Notes under the pieces: model-generated
The model's database searches: none
Told to the model about the DNA's origin: nothing
What the model saw: only the letters and a program-made list of their open reading frames with translations
Part shown: positions 1-9,848 of the stretch, piece by piece
How positions within the stretch are numbered: position 1 is the stretch's first letter
Layout: every line of letters begins with the position of its first letter
DNA from: Aeropyrum pernix K1
Lineage (GTDB): Archaea; Thermoproteota; Thermoprotei_A; Sulfolobales; Acidilobaceae
Assembly (NCBI RefSeq): GCF_000011125.1
Contig: NC_000854.2
Location: 750,001 to 782,000 of the forward strand
Direction of reading: 5' to 3'
Length of the DNA: 32,000 nt
Position numbers and translations under genes: made by a program

Positions 1-2
1 CG

Positions 3-650
3 GCGGCCCTAGTTGCACAGGTGATCTCGTCAGCTACTGCCCTCATTGCTTGGCGCTCCCATGGGGCCAAGCCTCCCTCAACTGATGTTCTATTAGTTTT
101 GATAGCGTCGTCCCTTGCTGGCGTTGTTTTGGGATCCGTGTTCATGAGTCTACTTGGCGATGCAGAAGCTCTAGCCATATACACGGTAGCCCTGGCAGGT
201 ATCGCCACACTCTACATGGCCACTGCAACAGACAGCTATAGTCTGGAGGTTAGGAGGCTAGGTAGGAGACCCATCACCATTCTAGGGGGCTTCCTGGGAG
301 GCCTTTCAAAGGCTCTCTCAGGCGGCGGTTTCAGCCCCATATTGGTGGCGTCCCAAAGGGTCTCGGGAGTCGACTACAAGGCGTCCCTCGTGGCCATACC
401 ACTTGTGAAGCCTCTCGCATTCTTGGCTGCCGCAGTGATATACTCTTGGGCGGGTTACATGGAGCCTTATACCGCGGCCTCGCTCACGGCCGGGAGCATA
501 CTCGGCTCCCTGTTAGCCCCCAGGCTGTCACGCTTAATACCACGACGGTGGGCCCACGCCCTAGTAGGCCTAGCCTTGGCTGCCGCTATGTTGAAAGCTG
601 TCTACAGGCTCACGCTTGAGTATGGGGTGCTCGGTCGGGTTGGTTTCTAG
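3..650 (+). CDS. TauE/SafE-family (sulfite exporter/TSUP) membrane permease, C-terminal portion; reading frame is open to the left window edge
   Basis: Multiple hydrophobic helices; TSUP-like motif 'GGFLGGLSKALSGGGFSPILVASQRVSG' and 'GSILGSLLAPRLSRLIP'. Codons 3-20 in frame contain no stop, so the true start may be outside the window. Confidence 0.8.
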   Translation, partial: AALVAQVISSATALIAWRSHGAKPPSTDVLLVLIASSLAGVVLGSVFMSLLGDAEALAIYTVALAGIATLYMATATDSYSLEVRRLGRRPITILGGFLGGLSKALSGGGFSPILVASQRVSGVDYKASLVAIPLVKPLAFLAAAVIYSWAGYMEPYTAASLTAGSILGSLLAPRLSRLIPRRWAHALVGLALAAAMLKAVYRLTLEYGVLGRVGF

Positions 651-1791
651 GCCTCATGGAGGGAGGCTGGTAAGGAGGGTTTTAAGCGGTAGGAGGAGGG
701 AGATTTTCGAGTCACAGTATAGGGAGATGCCTAGGCTTGAGGTGCCTCTGGAGAGGGCTATCGACGCTGAGGACCTCGCCCGGGGGGTTTTCAGCCCTCT
801 CGAGGGCTTTATGGTCGAGGACGACTACCTGAGTGTTCTGAGCCGTATGAGGCTATCTAACGATCTGCCATGGACCATACCTATAGTGCTTGACGCCAAT
901 AGGGAGTGGGTTTTAAACGAGGGTGTTTCAGCGGGGGACGATATCATACTCACCTATCATGGGCTCCCGATTGCGGTATTGACGCTTGAGGACATATACT
1001 CCTGGGATAAGGGGCTTCACGCCGAGAAGGTCTTCAAAACACGTGACCCAAACCATCCTGGAGTGGAGGCGACCTACAAGAGGGGCGACATACTACTGGG
1101 AGGCAGGCTGGAGCTCATCCAAGGTCCTCCCAACCCCCTGGAGAGGTACACACTCTGGCCTGTCGAGACTAGGGTCCTCTTCAAGGAGAAGGGGTGGAGG
1201 ACGGTAGCAGCATTCCAGACAAGAAACGTACCTCACTTGGGCCACGAGTATGTTCAGAAGGCTGCTTTGACTTTCGTGGACGGGCTGCTGGTGCACCCTC
1301 TGGCTGGGTGGAAGAAGAGGGGAGACTATAGGGACGAGGTCATAATAAGGGCTTACGAGGCGCTGATAACACACTACTACCCCCGGGGTGTCGTCGTCCT
1401 CTCCGTCCTGCGGATGAACATGAACTACGCAGGCCCCCGGGAGGCGGTGCACCACGCCATAGTTAGGAAGAACTTCGGCGCCACACACTTCATCGTGGGC
1501 CGCGACCATGCGGGGGTCGGGAGCTACTACGGCCCCTACGAGGCGTGGGAGATCTTCCGAGAGTTCCCCGACCTAGGTATAACACCACTCTTCGTACGGG
1601 AGGCCTACTACTGTAGGAGGTGCGGTGGCATGGTTAATGAGAAGGTCTGCCCCCATGGGGACGAGTATAGGGTGAGGATAAGCGGGACAAGATTGAGGGA
1701 GATGCTGGGCAGGGGCGAGAGGCCGCCTGAGTATATGATGAGACCTGAGGTTGCCGACGCGATAATATCCCATCCCGATCCGTTCATATAA
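616..1791 (+). CDS. sat: Sulfate adenylyltransferase (ATP sulfurylase)
   Basis: 'SRPHGGRLVRRVL', 'FSPLEGFM', 'QTRNVPHLGHEYVQK', 'GRDHAGVGSYYGPYEAWEIF' and a C-terminal Cys-rich 'CRRCGGMVNEKVCPHG...ISGTRLREML' are classic Sat motifs. The start overlaps the preceding gene. Confidence 0.97.
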   Translation: MSMGCSVGLVSRPHGGRLVRRVLSGRRREIFESQYREMPRLEVPLERAIDAEDLARGVFSPLEGFMVEDDYLSVLSRMRLSNDLPWTIPIVLDANREWVLNEGVSAGDDIILTYHGLPIAVLTLEDIYSWDKGLHAEKVFKTRDPNHPGVEATYKRGDILLGGRLELIQGPPNPLERYTLWPVETRVLFKEKGWRTVAAFQTRNVPHLGHEYVQKAALTFVDGLLVHPLAGWKKRGDYRDEVIIRAYEALITHYYPRGVVVLSVLRMNMNYAGPREAVHHAIVRKNFGATHFIVGRDHAGVGSYYGPYEAWEIFREFPDLGITPLFVREAYYCRRCGGMVNEKVCPHGDEYRVRISGTRLREMLGRGERPPEYMMRPEVADAIISHPDPFI

Positions 1792-1815
1792 TAAACCGTA
1801 GGCTGTAGGAGACCA

Positions 1816-3192
1816 CTATACTGCCCCCCTCCCTCTATCCTTCATATGTGACTCGAGGCCGTAGTGGGCTAGTATAATCTCTTTAACCCTTTGTATAGGT
1901 ACGGTACTATCTTTCACGGCCTCCTTTAGTACGTCTGCATTCCCTCCTATGATGCCGTGCCAGTCGTGGACGGCGTCGTCGGGGCCTCTATCGTTTTCCT
2001 CCAGATACGTGCTGGGCCAGCCTATGGTGCCCGCGGGTCTCCAGCTCAGGTTGTCGAGGTATACCATGAGGTCTGGTGCGTCTCCACGGACCTCCGGGTA
2101 GAGCTCGCTGGGGTGGTAGGCCTTGTTCTCCCACCTCTCGCCGTTGGGCCCTCTTATCTTCTCTATATCCCTCTTCAGCTGCTCCACAACGCTCCAATAC
2201 TCCTCCCGCCCTACTATGCCCCGAGGTTCTCTTCCCTTGAGGTTTATGTAAACCCTCGAGTAGTAGCCGCCCCAGGCCCACGCCATGGTCCTATCCCAGT
2301 CTATCATGCTAGCCTCTAGATCTGCTCCCGGCCTCTTCGGCTCCTCCTTCAGACTTAGGTATCCCTCCTCCTCTAGCCACTGGTTTATGGCGAAGGCCCC
2401 CTTCATAGCCTTGGCCCCGTGATCGGAGACGACTATCACGTCTGTATCACCCGGTAGGGACTCTAGAAGCTGGCCTATGTGCTTGTCGACCAGGCTATAA
2501 TATTCTGGTAGAACATTCTCGTAGGGATTGCCCTCACCAGGGTATCTCGGGTGCTCTGGATCCCAGTATTTCCAGAAGGCGTGATGCACCCTGTCAGTGC
2601 CAATGTGCATGTACATGGCGAAATCCCACGGCTTACTGCTTAGTAGGTATTTGACTACCTTGAACTGTGTCTTGGCGAGCCTCCACAAACTCTTCCTAAC
2701 GCTTTCCTTATCTTCGACTCTATATTTAACATCGAAGACATAGTCGCCTCCGCTTGCCTTGAGAATCTCTCTTTTCAGACCGGGAGGCCAAGCGAAAGCC
2801 CCATCAACGCCGGGAGTTAGAAAACAAGAGACGAACCAACCCCTGACACGTCTAGCTGGATACCCGGGGGGAACTCCTATAACAAGACTCCTTAAACCCA
2901 GCCGCAATCCCAGGTCATCCCAAACCCAACCTTCCGCGATGCTGCGGCTTGTCACCACGTAGCTAGTACCGACGTCTCCAGGCCTCCTATGACGGAAACC
3001 GTAAACCCCAAGCTCTCCGGCACTGCGGCCAGCAAGCATCACCCCCCACATGGGCACCGTAATGGGAGGGTGGCCAGAGAGAAGTTTGCCTTTTACGTTT
3101 AGTAGTGATTGAAGATTGGGGATGAGATCGCGGAACTTCTCTATGAGAAGAGGGGGTACGCTATCCAGCCCTATTACTAGTAGTTTTCTCAT
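1816..3192 (-). CDS. Type I phosphodiesterase / nucleotide pyrophosphatase family protein (alkaline phosphatase superfamily)
   Basis: 'MRKLLVIGLDSVPPLL', 'PPITVPMWGVMLAG', 'VIVVSDHGAK', 'HDWHGIIGG' metal-binding motifs. Confidence 0.88.
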   Translation of the reverse strand: MRKLLVIGLDSVPPLLIEKFRDLIPNLQSLLNVKGKLLSGHPPITVPMWGVMLAGRSAGELGVYGFRHRRPGDVGTSYVVTSRSIAEGWVWDDLGLRLGLRSLVIGVPPGYPARRVRGWFVSCFLTPGVDGAFAWPPGLKREILKASGGDYVFDVKYRVEDKESVRKSLWRLAKTQFKVVKYLLSSKPWDFAMYMHIGTDRVHHAFWKYWDPEHPRYPGEGNPYENVLPEYYSLVDKHIGQLLESLPGDTDVIVVSDHGAKAMKGAFAINQWLEEEGYLSLKEEPKRPGADLEASMIDWDRTMAWAWGGYYSRVYINLKGREPRGIVGREEYWSVVEQLKRDIEKIRGPNGERWENKAYHPSELYPEVRGDAPDLMVYLDNLSWRPAGTIGWPSTYLEENDRGPDDAVHDWHGIIGGNADVLKEAVKDSTVPIQRVKEIILAHYGLESHMKDRGRGAV

Positions 3193-3341
3193 TGAGTCTA
3201 CCCTATCTTGCTAATAGGGCCCATGACTGATATATCAATGTAGCTGGTTAAACTCGTTAATTTATGGTCAAACTTTCAAATAAAACCCGAAATATAGGAG
3301 ATATTTAACTAAAGAATAGAGACAAAAACTACTGGAAAGAG

Positions 3342-3348
3342 TATAAAA
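3342..3348 (+). promoter_or_regulatory. Putative archaeal TATA box for the GlmU-like gene
   Basis: 'gagTATAAAAgc' about 44 nt upstream of the TTG start at 3392. Confidence 0.5.
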
Positions 3349-3391
3349 GCTAGAAACATGTATTAGCCTCTATTTCTCGGGTAGCTTAAGC

Positions 3392-4642
3392 TTGGCTGGG
3401 AGTGTTTTTGTTGTTCTTGCTGGCGGTAGGGGGGAGAGGCTTTGGCCTGTTAGTGAGACTAGGGCTAAGCCTCTCGTCCCTATCTTGGGGGAGCCTCTTG
3501 TTTGTAGGCATTTGAGGCTGGGTTTGGCTACGGGGTTGTTTGACGAGGCTGTTGTTCTCGTGGGCTATCGTGGTGGCGAGGTTGTTGAGGCTGTTAGGGC
3601 GTGTGGGTTCGGGGGTGTGAGGTTTGTGGAGCAGGGGGGTGCGCTGGGGACTGGGCATGCTGTGAGGCGGGTTTTGGAGGAGCTTGGTGGTGAGGGTGTG
3701 TTCACCTTTGTCTATGGTGACGTGTATCTGGACTCGAGGTTTTACGGGTTGCTGGCGTCTGCTGAGGCTCCCTCGGTGCTGGCGGGGTGGGTAGAGGATG
3801 CGAGGTGGTACGGGCTCCTGGATGTTGGGGATGGGCTTGTCCGGGGGGTTGTTGAGAAGCCCAGGGAGCCCCGGGGGGGCTGGGTTTTCCTGGGTGGTTT
3901 CAAGGTTGACGGCAGCTTCCTGGGCCTGCTGAGGGGGCTTGAGCCTAGCCCCAGGGGTGAGGTTGAGGTTACCGATGCGCTCGAGGCTCTCGCCCGGGAG
4001 GGTGTTCTCCGGGCTCTGGTGGGAGGGGAGGGGTGGGGCTGGGTTGACGTGGGGAGGCCTTGGGACGTTTTGAGGGCTAACCGGATGGCGTTCCACGACC
4101 CCCAGTTTAGCGGCGGGGTTGAGGGGGAGGTCCACTCCTCCGCGGTTCTCGAGGGGGATGTGGAGAGGATCTATATAGCCCGGGGCGCCAGGATCGGGGC
4201 TCACAGTGTGGTGGAAGGGCCGGCCTACATTGGCCCGGGGGCCCGTGTGGGGCCTGGGGCGCACGTCAGGGGTTACACGGTCTTGCTGGAGGGTGCTTAT
4301 GTGGGTTTTGCGAGCGAGGTCAAGGCCTCCGTGATTATGGAGGGTGCTAGGGCCCCCCACCTCAACTACGTTGGAGACAGTGTCGTGGGGGAGCATGTTA
4401 ACCTTGGTGCGGGCACTGTGACGGCTAACCTGAGGTTCGACGGGAGGAGTGTGAGGATGACGGTGAAGGGGGAGAGGGTTGACACTGGTTTGAGGAAGCT
4501 CGGCGCAGTCATAGGAGGCTACGCCCAGACCGGCATTAACGTGTCGATCATGCCGGGGGTGAGGATAGGGCCGAGGGCCCTGGTGTACCCCGGGTGTGTT
4601 GTGGGGAGGGATGTGGGGAGCGGGGAGGCCTTCAAATGCTAG
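3392..4642 (+). CDS. glmU: Bifunctional sugar-1-phosphate nucleotidyltransferase/acetyltransferase, archaeal GlmU-like
   Basis: N-terminal 'VVLAGGRGERLWPVSETRAKPLVPI' pyrophosphorylase signature; C-terminal left-handed beta-helix hexapeptides with 'NYVGDSVVGEHVNLGAGTVTANLRFDG', typical of archaeal GlmU. TTG start. Confidence 0.88.
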   Translation: MAGSVFVVLAGGRGERLWPVSETRAKPLVPILGEPLVCRHLRLGLATGLFDEAVVLVGYRGGEVVEAVRACGFGGVRFVEQGGALGTGHAVRRVLEELGGEGVFTFVYGDVYLDSRFYGLLASAEAPSVLAGWVEDARWYGLLDVGDGLVRGVVEKPREPRGGWVFLGGFKVDGSFLGLLRGLEPSPRGEVEVTDALEALAREGVLRALVGGEGWGWVDVGRPWDVLRANRMAFHDPQFSGGVEGEVHSSAVLEGDVERIYIARGARIGAHSVVEGPAYIGPGARVGPGAHVRGYTVLLEGAYVGFASEVKASVIMEGARAPHLNYVGDSVVGEHVNLGAGTVTANLRFDGRSVRMTVKGERVDTGLRKLGAVIGGYAQTGINVSIMPGVRIGPRALVYPGCVVGRDVGSGEAFKC

Positions 4643-4748
4643 GGGGCTAGGGAGTTGTTTGTATTTGGCATATTCAACCGTCCCGGTCTTTCCCTGGTGT
4701 TGGGGCCTATAACGTCTTGTAATGTCTTGTTTATGCAGGCTTAACCGT

Positions 4749-4755
4749 TATATAG
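4749..4755 (+). promoter_or_regulatory. Putative TATA box for glmS
   Basis: 'ccgtTATATAga' in the glmU-glmS intergenic region. Confidence 0.45.
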
Positions 4756-4816
4756 ATCCCCTGCCCCATAGTGTCAAAATGTAACAGCGTGAATGGGCAG
4801 GCTGGTGGCAGGAGTC

Positions 4817-6670
4817 TTGTGCGGCATCATAGGCCTGGCGTTCGCCGAGGGCAACAGCGTGGCGGGGGCGCTGGTCAGGGGGCTCAAGAGGCTCGAGTAC
4901 AGGGGCTACGACAGCATGGGGGTCGCGGTTATAGAGCCACCGGGGAGGCTTGTGGTGAGGAAGGCGGCGGGGAAGATAGGCGAAGTCGTCAGGAGGACTG
5001 GGGTGCTGAGCCTCAGGGGCAGGGTTGGCATAGGCCACACCCGGTGGGCGACCCACGGCCCGCCCAACGACGTGAACGCCCACCCCCACACCGACTGTGG
5101 GGGCAGGGTTGCGGTTGTGCATAACGGGGTGATAAGGAACTACGCCTCCCTCCGGCGGGAGCTGGAGGCGAGGGGGCATAGGCTTGTGAGCGAGACTGAT
5201 ACCGAGCTTGTGGCCCACCTTATCGAGGAGTATCTGGGGCGAGGCTACAGCTTCCTGGAGGCCCTCTCCCTGCTGGGCAGAGTGTTAAGGGGGAGCTACG
5301 CCCTCGCCCTCCTCCACCTGGGGGAGCCGGATAAGGTCTATTTCCTCAGGTATAAGAGCCCCCTGGTAGTCGGGCTGGGTGAGGGGGTAAACGCTGTCGC
5401 CAGCGACATAACGGCGGTGCTGGATGTCGCCAGGGACGTGATAGTGCTCGAGGACGGGGAGTTCGGCTGGATATCCCCCGAGGGTGTGGCCATCTACAGG
5501 CCGAGGGGTGACGGGGGGTTCGAGCCCCTCCCGCCGGGGGCTTTGGAGGAGAGGGTTAAGAGGGTTGAGTGGACCCCCGAGTCCGCGTCGAAGGCCGGCT
5601 ACCCCCACTTTATGCTGAAGGAGATTTACGAGCAGCCCCGGGCCCTGGCGGAGACTTTCGAGGGGATTATAGAGGATCCGGCGCTCTTGAGGGCCGCCGG
5701 GCTGGTGGCGGGGGCTGGGAGGCTGCTGATAGTGGGGGCTGGGACCAGCTTCCACGCCGGCCTAGTGGGCCACTACTACCTCTCCCGCCTGGCAGGCATA
5801 CTGGGCCACCCCGTGGTGGCCTCCGAGCACAAGGTCTACACCCCAGGGGTTGATGGCGAGACCGTTGTGGTGGCGGTGAGCCAGAGCGGGGAGACCTACG
5901 ACACCTTGGAGGCTGTGAGGGAGTGGAGGGGCCGGGGCGCAAGGGTTATAGGGGTCACCAACGTGGTTGGCAGCGCCCTGGACAGGGAGGCCGACGTGAC
6001 CCTCTACCTCCGGGCCGGGCCCGAGATAGGGGTGGCGGCGACCAAGACCTTCCTAGCTCAGACCATACTCCTCCAAACCCTCTCCATAGCGGCGGCTGGG
6101 GAGGCGGGTAGGCTCACCTCCGGGGAGACAAGGGAGCTCACCGGCGTCCTGGAGGGGGCGCCCGATGCTGCGAGGAGGGCTATTCTGGCGTCGGAGGGCG
6201 CCGCCAGGGAGGCTGCGTCGCTGCTGAAAGGGGCGGGCAGCATGTACATCATAGGCCGGGGGCTGGGTGGCAGGCTGGCTATGGAGGCTGCTTTGAAGGT
6301 GAAGGAGGTGTCCTACATACACGCGGAAGCCTACCCGGCGGGGGAGAGCAAGCACGGCCCCATAGCCCTGGTGGAGCCCGGGTTCAAGGTTTACGTGGTG
6401 GCGACGAGCGACTCACCCGAGGTTATGGGTAACGCGATAGAGATGAAGGCCCGGGGCGCCAGTGTAACTGTGGTGGCGCCCAGCGACCTGCAGCTCGATA
6501 CACCAGAGGGCATCGAGGTCCTCAAAATGCCCCCCACAGGGGGTGAGACGCTGCTCGACCCCTACTCCCTAACCCCCTACTTCCAGCTCCTAGCCTACCA
6601 CCTGGCGGTGGCGAGGGGCTACGACCCCGACAAGCCGAGGAACCTGGCTAAGACGGTCACAGTAGAGTAA
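4817..6670 (+). CDS. glmS: Glutamine--fructose-6-phosphate aminotransferase (isomerizing), glucosamine-6-phosphate synthase
   Basis: 'CGIIGLAF' Ntn glutaminase N terminus, 'RWATHGPPNDVNAHPH', two SIS domains ('GAGTSFHAGLVGHYYL', 'VAVSQSGETYDTLEAV', 'GRGLGGRLAMEAALKVKEVSYIHAEAYPAGESKHGPIALV'). The start is set to the TTG at 4817 rather than the ORF-track ATG at 4793, so that Cys is residue 2. Confidence 0.96.
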   Translation: MCGIIGLAFAEGNSVAGALVRGLKRLEYRGYDSMGVAVIEPPGRLVVRKAAGKIGEVVRRTGVLSLRGRVGIGHTRWATHGPPNDVNAHPHTDCGGRVAVVHNGVIRNYASLRRELEARGHRLVSETDTELVAHLIEEYLGRGYSFLEALSLLGRVLRGSYALALLHLGEPDKVYFLRYKSPLVVGLGEGVNAVASDITAVLDVARDVIVLEDGEFGWISPEGVAIYRPRGDGGFEPLPPGALEERVKRVEWTPESASKAGYPHFMLKEIYEQPRALAETFEGIIEDPALLRAAGLVAGAGRLLIVGAGTSFHAGLVGHYYLSRLAGILGHPVVASEHKVYTPGVDGETVVVAVSQSGETYDTLEAVREWRGRGARVIGVTNVVGSALDREADVTLYLRAGPEIGVAATKTFLAQTILLQTLSIAAAGEAGRLTSGETRELTGVLEGAPDAARRAILASEGAAREAASLLKGAGSMYIIGRGLGGRLAMEAALKVKEVSYIHAEAYPAGESKHGPIALVEPGFKVYVVATSDSPEVMGNAIEMKARGASVTVVAPSDLQLDTPEGIEVLKMPPTGGETLLDPYSLTPYFQLLAYHLAVARGYDPDKPRNLAKTVTVE

Positions 6671-6712
6671 AGGCCCCCCTCCAGCCACCGGGATAAGGGG
6701 GGATGGAGCGGT

Positions 6713-7804
6713 TTGGAGGCCGTGGTCTTAGCTGGGGGTGTGGGGAAGAGGCTGCTGCCCCTAACCCGGGAGAGGCCGAAGCCCTACCTACCCCTTGCGG
6801 GTAAACCCCTCTACATGTACGCTGTGGAGCAGGTTGCAATGGTGAGGAGCCTGCTGGACAGGGCTGTCATGGTCACCCCTCCCGGCCACCCCACTCCCCC
6901 CGGGTCTCTGCCGAGCTGGCTCGACACGGTGGAGCAGCAGGGCGAGGGTGTGGAGGCGGGGTTGGCAACGGCGCTTAAGAGGCTGGGGGGTGGTGAGGAG
7001 GTTGTAGTCTCCTTCGTGGGCTATCTGGCCAGGCCCAACACCCTGGTTAGACACGTGCTGGACTTCTACAGCGTAACCCGGTACAAGCTGGTTCTAGCCC
7101 TCGCACCCGTGACCAGGGGTAGCGAAAGCTTCGGGTTTGTAGACGCCGACCCCTCCACCGGCAGGGTGCTGGGGTTCTCGGGCAGTAGGGAGGAGTGGAT
7201 GGCGGGCCGTGGAAGGGTGTTCGCCGGCGTACTGGCGGGCGACCCGGAGGCCCTGGAGGTCCTCGCTGGAGAGGGGTTTGTGGAGGGCATAAACACACTT
7301 GCCAGGAGGGGGCTGGTGGGGAGTGTGGTGTGGCCGGGTGAGTGGCTGGAGGTAGGCTATCCCTGCGACCTGCTGGAGGCGCCGAGGCTTGTGGTGGAGG
7401 CGTGGGCCGCTGTGATCTCGGCGAAGGCCCGGGTGGCGAGGTCCTCAGTAATCCAGGGAGGGGTCGTTATTGAGGAGGATGCCGAGGTGGGGGAGGGGGC
7501 GGTCGTAGAGGGGCCCGCCTACCTAGGCAGGGGCGCCGTTGTGGGTAGGAACAGCGTGGTGGGCCCCGGGGTCGTGCTGGAGGAGGGCGCAGTAGTGGGT
7601 GATCTCGTGTCGATAGAGAGGTCCGTCATGCTGGAGAGGGCTGAGGCATCGGGCCCCTCGAGGCTCGAGGGCGTTGTGATAGGCGACGGGGCGTACATAG
7701 CACCCCTCGCAGCAGCCACAAACCGGGAGGGCTGCACGGTAGTAGCGCCGAAGACGAGGTTAGGGCCTAGAGCAACGCTAGAACCCGGAAAAACATACAC
7801 CTAA
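6713..7804 (+). CDS. Sugar-phosphate nucleotidyltransferase with C-terminal left-handed beta-helix domain
   Basis: 'MEAVVLAGGVGKRLLPLTRERPKPYLPLAGKPL' signature; C-terminal 'ARVARSSVIQGGVVIEEDAEVGEGAVVEGPAYLGRGAVVGRNSVVG' hexapeptide repeats. Confidence 0.85.
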   Translation: MEAVVLAGGVGKRLLPLTRERPKPYLPLAGKPLYMYAVEQVAMVRSLLDRAVMVTPPGHPTPPGSLPSWLDTVEQQGEGVEAGLATALKRLGGGEEVVVSFVGYLARPNTLVRHVLDFYSVTRYKLVLALAPVTRGSESFGFVDADPSTGRVLGFSGSREEWMAGRGRVFAGVLAGDPEALEVLAGEGFVEGINTLARRGLVGSVVWPGEWLEVGYPCDLLEAPRLVVEAWAAVISAKARVARSSVIQGGVVIEEDAEVGEGAVVEGPAYLGRGAVVGRNSVVGPGVVLEEGAVVGDLVSIERSVMLERAEASGPSRLEGVVIGDGAYIAPLAAATNREGCTVVAPKTRLGPRATLEPGKTYT

Positions 7805-8004
7805 CAAGACGGAACACAGGCCGCCAACCCGGGTTCACCCTTAACTTCTATTTGCCGCTTGAGGTCCTCGCTCGCCACATTCACGAGAACAGAATCGTCC
7901 AGACTATACCAAAAGCAGAGGAACCGAATGATGTAGTTTCTTTTCCATATTTAGACTCCTACTCCTATTAACCTGAGCTCAATAGAGGCTCTGCCTCATG
8001 ACTC

Positions 8005-8241
8005 TTGTATGTCCTCCTAACTCTCCAAAATCGTTTCGCTTCTATCAAAAACAAGGATGAGGAGGTTCGTGTGTACAGAAGAGGACTCTACAATGTTTTG
8101 AGGAGATTAGGATTAGTGGAAGAGATCGATATAGAACAAAGGGATTTAGTAGTGCTTGATAAAACATTAGCTGACTTAACAGACGATGAATTTGAGCAGT
8201 TCTTAGAAGGTCTGAAACAAGTGCTGGCAAAACAAGAATGA
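8005..8241 (+). CDS. Small hypothetical protein (78 aa), start codon uncertain
   Basis: Charged, helical-looking ORF in an AT-rich region ('YRRGLYNVLRRLGLVEEIDIEQRDLVVLDKTLADLTDDEFEQFLEGLKQVLAK'). No family recognised. Confidence 0.4.
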   Translation: MYVLLTLQNRFASIKNKDEEVRVYRRGLYNVLRRLGLVEEIDIEQRDLVVLDKTLADLTDDEFEQFLEGLKQVLAKQE

Positions 8242-8677
8242 GCTTTTATCCACAATGATTTAGTGATCTAGTAGTGGGACTGGAGAAAGATAGACTAGAC
8301 GCCGCGCACTGTTTTACTTTAGCCAAAGATATAAGTCTTTTTACTGCGAGGAGTTTGCCATCTACTGATGTTCGGAGGCCTATCTGTAATTTAAACTACT
8401 TGAAATGAGATGAAACTAGCTACATCACTGAGGATAAAGAATTTGTTAATGGAAAAACGGAAGTAGGGGCTCAGTCTAGTTGGGGGAGTATTAGCTTTAT
8501 TATATGGTATGTAGCGGTATCGGAGAGAGGAGGCGTTTTTGCTTTGCATTAGCTCTTATGGTGTCGGTGTCATAGCACTCTGAAAGTATCGCTGTCAACA
8601 AAGCTAGAAGGACTAGATAATTGAGAGAAGCTAGACAAAAGGTTTATAGAAGTAACAGCCAATAATGAGCCATCTTC

Positions 8678-9475
8678 TTAGAGTTTGACTAGTTTCACTG
8701 TTTCGACTGTTGCTTTTAGGAATTGGGAGAACCTAGTTACTGCGTGCGCTATTAATCGTGCCTCTTCTTCGGCTTCTATGCACGGGGCGATTCCTAGCGC
8801 CTGAGTCGCTGTTTTCTCTGTGACTTCCTCAGATTTTAGTAGGTGGAGTATAGGTGCATTTCCATGTATGATTTGGGATAGTAGTCTGTAGTCCTCTCTT
8901 AGACTTTCGACGATTTCACCTGCCAGCTTGTCATCTCCGACCATGAGTTTGAATGTGTCTTCGAGGCAGTCTACTGAGATTATGCATCTCTTTCGGCAGG
9001 CCTGCTCACTTCTCTCGCGACGGCTGAGGCGTCTTAGGTCTTCGAGCCCGAACATCTCAAGTCTTGTGTTCAATGGGAGGTCTCTGCAGCGGGGGTGGAA
9101 ATCTAGTATCAATGCTTTCTCCAGGTATTCCAAAGCTATCCTCAAAAGCACGTATGCCAGTTCGGATACGCACAAGAGCCCTACCGCTTGAACCCCTATT
9201 ACATACCTAGGCAGAATATTGTTGACATAAAACAGGTAGACCGAGTCTTCGCGACCCCAAGGCTTCTCCACCTGCAGCGCATCCTGGAACACCCCCCATA
9301 AATCCTCTAGGGCCTCAGCCAACAGCCTGATATGTTCACGGCTTCTCAAGGTGCCGCTATCCACGTTGTGTATCCAGCCCATCTGATCCAATACCATATG
9401 CTTAGCACTCTTCAGATTTTCTACCAGTATTACAAAGTAAGAATCATCCTTACGAAGATCGTCATCCTCTTTCAT
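8678..9475 (-). CDS. Uncharacterised helical protein; weak DUF5677/HEPN-like pattern
   Basis: 265 aa in the accessory region; 'LAYVLLRIALEYLEKALILDF...' followed by 'REDYRLLSQIIHGNAP' resembles 'Y..LS..IHG' helical families. Family assignment is an inference. Confidence 0.65.
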   Translation of the reverse strand: MKEDDDLRKDDSYFVILVENLKSAKHMVLDQMGWIHNVDSGTLRSREHIRLLAEALEDLWGVFQDALQVEKPWGREDSVYLFYVNNILPRYVIGVQAVGLLCVSELAYVLLRIALEYLEKALILDFHPRCRDLPLNTRLEMFGLEDLRRLSRRERSEQACRKRCIISVDCLEDTFKLMVGDDKLAGEIVESLREDYRLLSQIIHGNAPILHLLKSEEVTEKTATQALGIAPCIEAEEEARLIAHAVTRFSQFLKATVETVKLVKL

Positions 9476-9591
9476 GCCTCCTACCCAGTATTTTGTATTT
9501 TACTCTGTAAACATCTAAATTAGTGTTTGCATAGTGGGAAGAAGACTAATACGCACATTCCACTATTTTCGTTGTTGACAGGTGACCTGCT

Positions 9592-9789
9592 ATGGGTTTT
9601 CTCGGAGATCTCGTCCTAGACGTAGACCCGCCCTTCGTGGGTGGGGAGCATAGGCTGCTTAGGAAGAGTGTTAGGGAGTTCGCCGAGAAGACTGTCAGGC
9701 CTAGGGCCAGGGAGATAGATGTTGGGAACCAGTATCCCCGTGACCTCCTGCCCGTGCTGGCGGGCTGGTGGAGACAGGCTTCAGGGTAG
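9592..9789 (+). pseudogene. N-terminal remnant of an acyl-CoA dehydrogenase gene
   Basis: 'HRLLRKSVREFAEKTVRPRAREIDVGNQYPRDLLPVLA' matches the canonical acyl-CoA dehydrogenase N terminus, then similarity ends abruptly ('GWWRQASG*'). Confidence 0.75.
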
Positions 9790-9848
9790 GCCGCTTGCAC
9801 CTATAACTAGCTCTGAACTTTTCTCTGGATGAATTATCACGCATGATT

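Noticed and set aside
986-1207. 73-aa plus-strand ORF overlapping sat
   Set aside because: Alternative frame inside a well-conserved enzyme gene.
3386-4396. 336-aa minus-strand ORF opposite the GlmU-like gene
   Set aside because: Pro/Asn/Thr/His-rich low-complexity translation typical of the antisense of GC-rich genes; the plus strand encodes a clear enzyme.
7928-7982. Possible C/D-box sRNA ('aatgatgt ... cctgag')
   Set aside because: C box is imperfect and no internal D'/C' boxes could be seen; unsupported without RNA data.
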